From an archaeon (lineage in GTDB: Archaea; Iainarchaeota; Iainarchaeia; Iainarchaeales; CSSED10-239), in the NCBI GenBank assembly GCA_041657425.1, contig JBBABY010000008.1, positions 1 through 32,000 of the forward strand: a stretch of 32,000 bases of DNA, written 5' to 3'. Positions 26,594 to 32,000 of this stretch are shown here, piece after piece. The translations under genes and the position numbers were made by a program. Below the pieces are notes generated by a model, which was given only the letters and a program-made list of their open reading frames with translations, made no database searches and was not told the DNA's origin. How positions within the stretch are numbered: the stretch's first letter is position 1; every line of letters starts with the position of its first letter.

Positions 26594-28168
26594 ATGAATG
26601 ATTCTAGTTTTGTAATACACTCGCTTGTTAAGAAAGAAACAATAGAAAAAAGATTATATCAAGAACTATTAACAGCGCAAGCAATTAATGAAAGTACATT
26701 AGTGGTTGCTCCAACAGGTCTTGGTAAAACCATCGTTGCTGTTCTCTTGATAGCTTATAGCTACAATCCAAAAAAATCAATTATTCTGTTATCTCCAACA
26801 AAACCATTAATTGCTCAACATAAAAAAAGTATCTTGAAGTTTCTTGAAATCCCAGAAGAAAAAGTAATTCTTCTAACAGGAGAAATACCACAAGAAAAAA
26901 GAAAAGAAATGTATGATGCTGAAGGGCTTGTCATTTGTGCAACTCCTCAAACAATACAGCATGATCTTGAAAAAAAACTAATTAACCCAGGGCATTTTAA
27001 TCTAATTATTTTTGATGAAGCGCACAGAGCAGTTGGAAATTATTCATATACATTTATTTCTCAGTACTTTTCAGAAGATACAAAGAGATTAGGGTTAACT
27101 GCTTCGCCAGGATCAAGTAAAGCAAAGATTCAAGAAGTTGCAGACAACTTAGGAATAAAACATATAGAGATAAGAACAGAAGAAGACTTAGATGTTAAAG
27201 ATTATGTTAATGATATAGAGATTGAAACAATTTATACAGAACTTGATAAAGACTCAAGGTTTATTTCAGACAAACTAAAAGAGTTCATTCAGTCAAAGAT
27301 ATTAATCTTAAGAAGATTTGGTTTCTTAATCCCAGATAACTATTCCAAAAAGCAAATACTTGATATGCAGGCAAAGTTATTTCTCTTAGCAAACAAAATA
27401 AAGTCTAAAAATAACTTTATAGCAATTTCTTTTGTTTCAGTAATTATAAAAGCACTTCATGCCAGAGAATTGATTGAAACTCAAGGGTTTATTGCTTTTA
27501 GAAATTATTTAGATAAGGTTGTAGAAGAAGCAAAGGTAAAAAAATCAAGTAAGGCCTCAAGTACTTTTATAAATTCAAAAGAGTTTGGAGAGATTATTCT
27601 TTATCTTGATAGGCACAAATATAAATTAGAGTATTCAAAAGAAGCAGAACTAATAAAAATAGTTAAAAAATTTGTAAAAGAAAATCCTAAATCGAGAATT
27701 TTAATATTTAATAATTTTAGAGATAATGCAACAAGCATAGTTGATAAATTAAATACTTACAAAGAGATAAAATCTACACGATTTGTTGGACAAGCCACGA
27801 AGCTTTCCGACAAGGGCCTTTCTCAAAAAGAACAACTTTCAATCCTTTCTGAGTTTAAGGAAGGAAAATATAATGTTTTAGTGTGCACTTCTGTTGGCGA
27901 AGAAGGCTTAGATATTCCTTCTGTTGACTTGGTAATTTTCTTTGATGCTGTTGCTTCTGAGATAAGAAATATTCAAAGAAGAGGAAGAACAGGGCGGTTT
28001 AATGCTGGCAGAGTTGTTCTCTTACTTAATAGAGATACAATTGATGAAAAATATTATTTCGTTTCTCAAAATAAAGAAAAAAGAATGAAAAGTATCTTGA
28101 AGAATTTTCATAAGAGTGCAATCAAGAAAGTAAGAAAGAAAGAACAAACACAAATTGGAGATTTTTAG
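26594..28168 (+). CDS. hef: Hef-type SF2 helicase (helicase half of Hef/XPF-family protein)
   Basis: RLYQELL...VVAPTGLGKT (motif I), IIFDEAHRAVGNYSY (DEAH), LGLTASPG and QRRGRTGR (motif VI). The N-terminal region is close to Pyrococcus Hef as I recall it. 524 aa with no nuclease domain. Confidence 0.88.
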   Translation: MNDSSFVIHSLVKKETIEKRLYQELLTAQAINESTLVVAPTGLGKTIVAVLLIAYSYNPKKSIILLSPTKPLIAQHKKSILKFLEIPEEKVILLTGEIPQEKRKEMYDAEGLVICATPQTIQHDLEKKLINPGHFNLIIFDEAHRAVGNYSYTFISQYFSEDTKRLGLTASPGSSKAKIQEVADNLGIKHIEIRTEEDLDVKDYVNDIEIETIYTELDKDSRFISDKLKEFIQSKILILRRFGFLIPDNYSKKQILDMQAKLFLLANKIKSKNNFIAISFVSVIIKALHARELIETQGFIAFRNYLDKVVEEAKVKKSSKASSTFINSKEFGEIILYLDRHKYKLEYSKEAELIKIVKKFVKENPKSRILIFNNFRDNATSIVDKLNTYKEIKSTRFVGQATKLSDKGLSQKEQLSILSEFKEGKYNVLVCTSVGEEGLDIPSVDLVIFFDAVASEIRNIQRRGRTGRFNAGRVVLLLNRDTIDEKYYFVSQNKEKRMKSILKNFHKSAIKKVRKKEQTQIGDF

Positions 28169-28229
28169 AAAGCTTTAAAAACATTTATTAATTTAAGTTA
28201 TGTAAAGTAAGGTTAAATAAGGTGGTGTT

Positions 28230-28499
28230 ATGTTAGATAAGTCAGTAAATGTAAATCTCAAGATATCAGATTATTCAAATAGGGTATTAGGGGTTGTAAA
28301 AGAGAAGTACGGTTACAAAGATAAATCTCAAGCCCTAAATAGAATACTAGATATTTATGGAGATGAATTTGTAGAAAAAGAAGTTAGAGATGAACTTGTT
28401 TTAGAAGTAATTGCAGAAGTAGAGAAAATGAAGAAACAAAAATTAAAACCTATGTCAAAAAACGAACTTAATAAATTCTTTGAAAGTTGCAAAAAATAA
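28230..28499 (+). CDS. putative antitoxin (DUF2683-like / RHH-like small DNA-binding protein)
   Basis: 89 aa. VNVNLKISDYSNRVLGVVKEKYGYKDKSQALNRILDIY resembles archaeal antitoxin-like proteins that pair with RelE-family toxins. It ends 9 nt upstream of the toxin gene. Confidence 0.45.
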   Translation: MLDKSVNVNLKISDYSNRVLGVVKEKYGYKDKSQALNRILDIYGDEFVEKEVRDELVLEVIAEVEKMKKQKLKPMSKNELNKFFESCKK

Positions 28500-28508
28500 A
28501 GTGATAAA

Positions 28509-28790
28509 ATGCCATTCAATTCTGTTTTGTCTGAAGAATTAAAAGAAACAATAAAAAGATTATATTCTAAAGATAAACAGCACTTTACTGAATTGAATAA
28601 AAAGATGTTACAAATAGTTGATTGCGATAGAGAAACAATAAATCATTACAAAAATCTAAAATATAATTCTTCAGATTATAAACGTGTGCACATTGGTAAA
28701 TCTTTTATTTTACTTTTTTCTGTAGATATCCAAAATAACATAATTTATTTTGCAAAATTTGAACATCACGATAAAGCTTACAAAAGATAA
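28509..28790 (+). CDS. RelE/ParE-superfamily toxin (type II TA)
   Basis: 93 aa. ...ELKETIKRLYSKDKQHFTELNKKMLQI... then YKRVHIGKSFILLFSVDIQNNIIYFAKFEHHDKAYK fits the RelE pattern (..yR.ri.g.yRliy.i....i.i..i.hR..aY). Confidence 0.55.
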   Translation: MPFNSVLSEELKETIKRLYSKDKQHFTELNKKMLQIVDCDRETINHYKNLKYNSSDYKRVHIGKSFILLFSVDIQNNIIYFAKFEHHDKAYKR

Positions 28791-28793
28791 ACT

Positions 28794-29462
28794 ATGCCTC
28801 AACCAATACATATCATTTGCGATACAAGAGAAAGAGTAAGTCAAGTAATGCAGGAGTTACAAAAGCTTTCAAGTGAAGATTTTTCTGTAGAAATAAAGAT
28901 GGAGCAATTATCTTTAGGCGATTATCAACTAAGTAATGATGTGTTAATTGAAAGAAAAACAATTGCAGATCTGGAGTCCTCAATAATTGATGGAAGAATA
29001 TTTTCTCAACTTGATAATCTTTCAGAGAAGGTATCTAAACCAGGCTTAATTGTAGAAGGCAGCATTAATTTTTCAGACACAGACAATAGAATAAACAATA
29101 AGTCAATGATTGGTTTGATTACTTCAATTGGTTTAAACTACAGAGTGCCAATATTTTTTACAAGAAATCAAAAAGAAACTGCGCTTTTTCTTTATGTGAT
29201 AGCAAAGAGAGAACAATATGGATTAATTACTGCACCAAAGCACAGATTCAGTAAATCCAAGATGTCTTTCTCTGATCAACAGTTATTTATTCTGGAGTCC
29301 TTTCCAGATATTGGTCCAACTTTAGCAAAAGCTCTTCTCAAAAAATTCAAGAATATTAAGAATATATCTCAAGCAACAGTAAAGGAACTACAAGAAGTAG
29401 AAAAGATGGGCCCAAAAAAAGCAGAAAAGATGATTTATCTTTTCAGTAGAGAATTTGATTGA
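28794..29462 (+). CDS. hef: ERCC4/XPF-type nuclease with C-terminal (HhH)2 (nuclease half of Hef)
   Basis: ICDTRER..., the GDYQLSNDVLIERKTIADLESSIIDGRIFSQL ERCC4 motif, and C-terminal FPDIGPTLAKALLKKF...VEKMGPKKAEKM helix-hairpin-helix pairs. 222 aa. Confidence 0.88.
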   Translation: MPQPIHIICDTRERVSQVMQELQKLSSEDFSVEIKMEQLSLGDYQLSNDVLIERKTIADLESSIIDGRIFSQLDNLSEKVSKPGLIVEGSINFSDTDNRINNKSMIGLITSIGLNYRVPIFFTRNQKETALFLYVIAKREQYGLITAPKHRFSKSKMSFSDQQLFILESFPDIGPTLAKALLKKFKNIKNISQATVKELQEVEKMGPKKAEKMIYLFSREFD

Positions 29463-29466
29463 TTAA

Positions 29467-29796
29467 TTATAGTTTGTTTATTATTAAAATCTGGTTTTTT
29501 TCCTGGTTTTCTCTGATAATCTGATGTATTTGATTTGTGTTATTAAGTATTAAAAGCATTTCTGTTTCTAGGTCTTTTGCAATATTGATTTTATCATTAA
29601 ATTTATTCATTGCTTGAAAGACCGCCCAGTCTATTTTCTCAGTTGCGTGTTTGTTTTGGGGCAAGATTATGCAAGAAACAACCGTTTTATTCAATTCTAG
29701 TCTTTTTAAATAGTTTTCTATATTATTTATATTTATACAAGATATATATTTAGTAGTATATTTCTTATTGCCTATTTCAAAATAATTGTTTTTCAT
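29467..29796 (-). CDS. hypothetical protein with a weak Cgi121 (KEOPS subunit)-like core
   Basis: ILPQNKHATEKIDWAVFQAMNKFNDKINIAKDLETEMLLILNNTNQIHQIIRE aligns by eye with M. jannaschii Cgi121 ILNADVVATKKHVLHAINQAKTKKPIAKSFWMEILVRASGQRQIHEAIKI, quoted from memory. Only 109 aa. Confidence 0.4.
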   Translation of the reverse strand: MKNNYFEIGNKKYTTKYISCININNIENYLKRLELNKTVVSCIILPQNKHATEKIDWAVFQAMNKFNDKINIAKDLETEMLLILNNTNQIHQIIRENQEKNQILIINKL

Positions 29797-29855
29797 GGTA
29801 TTATTTGTAATAGCAGAAACAGTTTATAAATATTAATTAAAAAGAGGAATAAAAA

Positions 29856-30251
29856 ATGGTTGAATGGAAAAAAGTATCAAGAAGAAAAGCAACAGGTGGA
29901 ATTAATAATGCAGTTAATGCAAAAACAAAATCCTTAAGTGAAAAAGGTGGAAAATTCTCAAAAACAACAGTCGCTAAAGAAGATAAAATATATAAGATAA
30001 GAGGCGTTGGCGGAAACGAGAAAGTAAAGATTTCACACGCACAACACGTTTTAATCTCAGAAGGGAATAAAACAGTTAAAGCAAAGATAATTGATGTTAC
30101 AGAAAATAAAGCAAATAAACAATTTGTTAGACAAAAAATAATTACAAAAGGCGCAATCCTTAAAGTTGATATCAATGGAAAAGAAGCAAAAGCAAAAGTA
30201 ACATCAAGACCAGGTCAATCAGGACAAGTTACTGGTGTATTTGTTAAATGA
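29856..30251 (+). CDS. rps8e: 30S ribosomal protein S8e
   Basis: KVSRRKATGG motif and a Lys-rich 131-aa product. AAGAGGA SD upstream and a TTTATAAAT TATA-like box at ~29824-29832. Confidence 0.9.
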   Translation: MVEWKKVSRRKATGGINNAVNAKTKSLSEKGGKFSKTTVAKEDKIYKIRGVGGNEKVKISHAQHVLISEGNKTVKAKIIDVTENKANKQFVRQKIITKGAILKVDINGKEAKAKVTSRPGQSGQVTGVFVK

Positions 30252-30805
30252 ATTCAAAATCTTTTTTAAAAAGGTTTAGGAAAGATATAAAGGATAAAAG
30301 AGAATATCAAAAAGCTCTTTTATTTCTGTTTTTATTTATTTTTTGTTTTTCAATTTTTTATTTAATTTTATCAATTTCTCAGATTTCTAATTATATTAGT
30401 TATTTTTACGGATTACTTTCAAGCATTTGTTTGACAGTATTTTTTGGGATAAATAATCAATTTGTTTTCGATGCCGTTAGTAAGACGTCTTCAATTGTCG
30501 TTTCCACAATTTCTGAACCAATAACAATTGGCTTTCTTTGTTCTGGAGTACTGGAATTTTGTTTACTAGCTTCAGCAATGATTGCGTCTGTTGGTATTTC
30601 AATAAAGAAAAGGCTAATGGGCGTATTAATTTCAATTCCTGTAATTGTGATATTTAATGTTTTTAGAATTACTGTAACTTCCTACATCATTGTTGCAGGC
30701 AATCTTTCTTTTGCCAATCTGGTGCACGGTTTTCTTTTTAGAATATTTCTAATAGCAATGGTTATTGGAACCTACTTTGTTTGGTTTAAAGAAGTTTATA
30801 AGTGA
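30248..30805 (+). CDS. exosortase/archaeosortase-family membrane protein (miniature form)
   Basis: Polytopic 185-aa protein with the family's three conserved positions in order: Cys in IGFLCSGVLEF, Arg in FNVFRITV and His in NLVHGFLFR. Its start overlaps the rps8e stop (ATGA). Confidence 0.55.
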   Translation: MNSKSFLKRFRKDIKDKREYQKALLFLFLFIFCFSIFYLILSISQISNYISYFYGLLSSICLTVFFGINNQFVFDAVSKTSSIVVSTISEPITIGFLCSGVLEFCLLASAMIASVGISIKKRLMGVLISIPVIVIFNVFRITVTSYIIVAGNLSFANLVHGFLFRIFLIAMVIGTYFVWFKEVYK

Positions 30806-31383
30806 TTAATATGCCAAAAAGAAAAAACCCAATAACTCCATTACCTGAGAAAAACAAATTAATTTTTACAAAATTAATACCTACAATTAGAAAGGTACAA
30901 AAATTAAAAAATGAACAAGAGATAATACAAAAAACTAGTCAATTGAATGCAGCAAGATTAGAAATAAGAAATTATACAAAAAATATATATAGTAACTTAG
31001 AATCAAGGCAGGAACTTGAGGGTTTGAATCAAAAAACAAGAAAGCAAGTATTTGGATTTATAGAATCAAAAATTGCAGAAAGTTATTTAAAAGGAATAAA
31101 TAGAAAAATGGAAATGGACATTCAAGTTTTAGCAAGTGGATTAATTCAAGAAATAAAGAACCGCTTAGAAAAACCAAAAGTAAAGAGAGAGATAATTTCA
31201 AAGATTAAATATTATAAATATTTGACTCAAAAAGAGAAGCAGAAAATAAATGAAATAATAAATTATAATTTAGCACTTATAAGTAAATATCCAACATTAA
31301 CTTTAGAACAAGTTACAGATTTAAATAAAAAGATATTTAAGATGCTTTCTAAAATGCAATTTTCTTTTTCTAAGATTAAATAA
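30802..31383 (+). CDS. hypothetical Lys-rich protein
   Basis: The ORF starts at a GTG overlapping the previous stop; the ATG at 30811 (MPKRKNPITPL...) is more likely. Predicted helical and charged. No family recognised. Confidence 0.5.
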   Translation: MINMPKRKNPITPLPEKNKLIFTKLIPTIRKVQKLKNEQEIIQKTSQLNAARLEIRNYTKNIYSNLESRQELEGLNQKTRKQVFGFIESKIAESYLKGINRKMEMDIQVLASGLIQEIKNRLEKPKVKREIISKIKYYKYLTQKEKQKINEIINYNLALISKYPTLTLEQVTDLNKKIFKMLSKMQFSFSKIK

Positions 31384-31389
31384 TTATAA

Positions 31390-31776
31390 TTATTTATTAT
31401 CTTTAATCAATCTCTTAACTTGATCAACAGTTGTGTATTCCAGTGGATTAATGTTATCAATGATATATTTCATTTCTTTAAGGTCTTCTGCTTTAGCGTA
31501 TCTTTTGGAGAAAGATTCAAGTGTGGATTCAAGTCCTTTTATTTTAGTTTTAAGTTCTTTAATCTCTAATTGTAAATCTTTAAACTGTTCACTAGTTGCG
31601 GCATTAACTCCTGCGGTTCCCTCTCCTTTAGAAGCGACCTTCTTATTCAAAATAAGTATGTTTCTACTTAGTATCTTCTCATTATGTACTAAATATTTAA
31701 TCTTCTCTGATAAAACAAGTATACTTGATTGTAATGCTTTAACGTCTTGAGATGTTCCGGAATTGTCTTCACTCAT
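31390..31776 (-). CDS. hypothetical coiled-coil protein
   Basis: The track ORF extends to 31854. However, the ATG at 31776 (MSEDNSGTSQD...) is preceded by AAGGGA about 6 nt upstream and by a TTAAATATATTTAA TATA-like box. It shows heptad-like LQLEIKELKTKIKGLESTLESF. Confidence 0.5.
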   Translation of the reverse strand: MSEDNSGTSQDVKALQSSILVLSEKIKYLVHNEKILSRNILILNKKVASKGEGTAGVNAATSEQFKDLQLEIKELKTKIKGLESTLESFSKRYAKAEDLKEMKYIIDNINPLEYTTVDQVKRLIKDNK

Positions 31777-32000
31777 AATATATCCCTTAAATATATTTAA
31801 TAGATGCTTGAAATATTTAAAAAACAATTGTTTTTTTGGTTTCTGTCGATTCACTATCTTTTTAAAGGTTTTGCTCCAATATATATTTATTAATTAGACA
31901 AAGTTAATGTCTAATCCCCCAGATACAAAAGAAGGAGCTTTCCTTCTTTTACTAAACAAAAATGGAAAAAATTATGAAAAAAGCATATTTATTAAGTGTA

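Noticed and set aside
5057-31750. Many 60-125-aa ORFs in the track lie antisense to or overlapping the annotated genes. Examples are 5057-5248, 6245-6605, 7215-7472, 7879-8256, 8422-8691, 9367-9981, 12965-13252, 16934-17209, 20291-20813, 23101-23574, 24213-24455, 25653-25937, 29837-30175 and 31433-31750.
   Set aside because: Each lies entirely inside a longer ORF with strong family signatures on the other strand or in another frame. Their products are low-complexity (F/L/S/I-rich), as expected for the complement of purine-rich Lys/Glu codons. None has an SD or a promoter.
1-32000. I looked for CRISPR repeats, IS elements or integrases, inteins in LonB, RFC or the helicase, and DGR-type template/variable repeat pairs near the lectin-like surface protein.
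   Set aside because: I saw no regularly spaced direct repeats. There are no transposase, integrase or reverse-transcriptase-like ORFs. Protein lengths are normal, with no intein-sized insertions. No noncoding copy of the 3' end of 2547-3683 was noticed. A computational self-dot-plot would be needed to exclude short diverged repeats.

Overview
This is a visibly AT-rich, tightly packed archaeal chromosome segment; exact GC was not computed. Archaeal hallmarks are ABCE1, RFC-L, PCNA, membrane-anchored LonB, aIF5A, aEF-1beta, the L1-P0-P1 stalk operon, S8e, an Sm protein, archaeal-type PheRS alpha/beta and Hef. Small gene sizes, ATGA start/stop overlaps and short versions of conserved proteins suggest a reduced, DPANN-like genome, but that is inference. 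About 45 protein genes and one tRNA-Arg(UCG) are supported. Shine-Dalgarno-like GGAGGTG/GGTGA motifs precede many starts. I found no CRISPR array, rRNA, transposase or integrase. Five regions deserve a second look. (1) Four consecutive genes at 1326-3683 encode type IV pilin-like (class III signal peptide) proteins, and the last one ends in a lectin-like domain. (2) A NYN / PATAN-like / Roadblock-like / MinD / Sm cassette lies at 17359-19901. (3) The hef gene is split into helicase and nuclease ORFs, with a RelE-type toxin-antitoxin pair sitting exactly in the gap (26594-29462). (4) A miniature archaeosortase-family gene is translationally coupled to rps8e. (5) Near the stalk operon there is an isolated GC-rich hairpin, and the P0 protein lacks the conserved C-terminal tail. 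All family assignments come from motif recognition by eye; no database search was possible.
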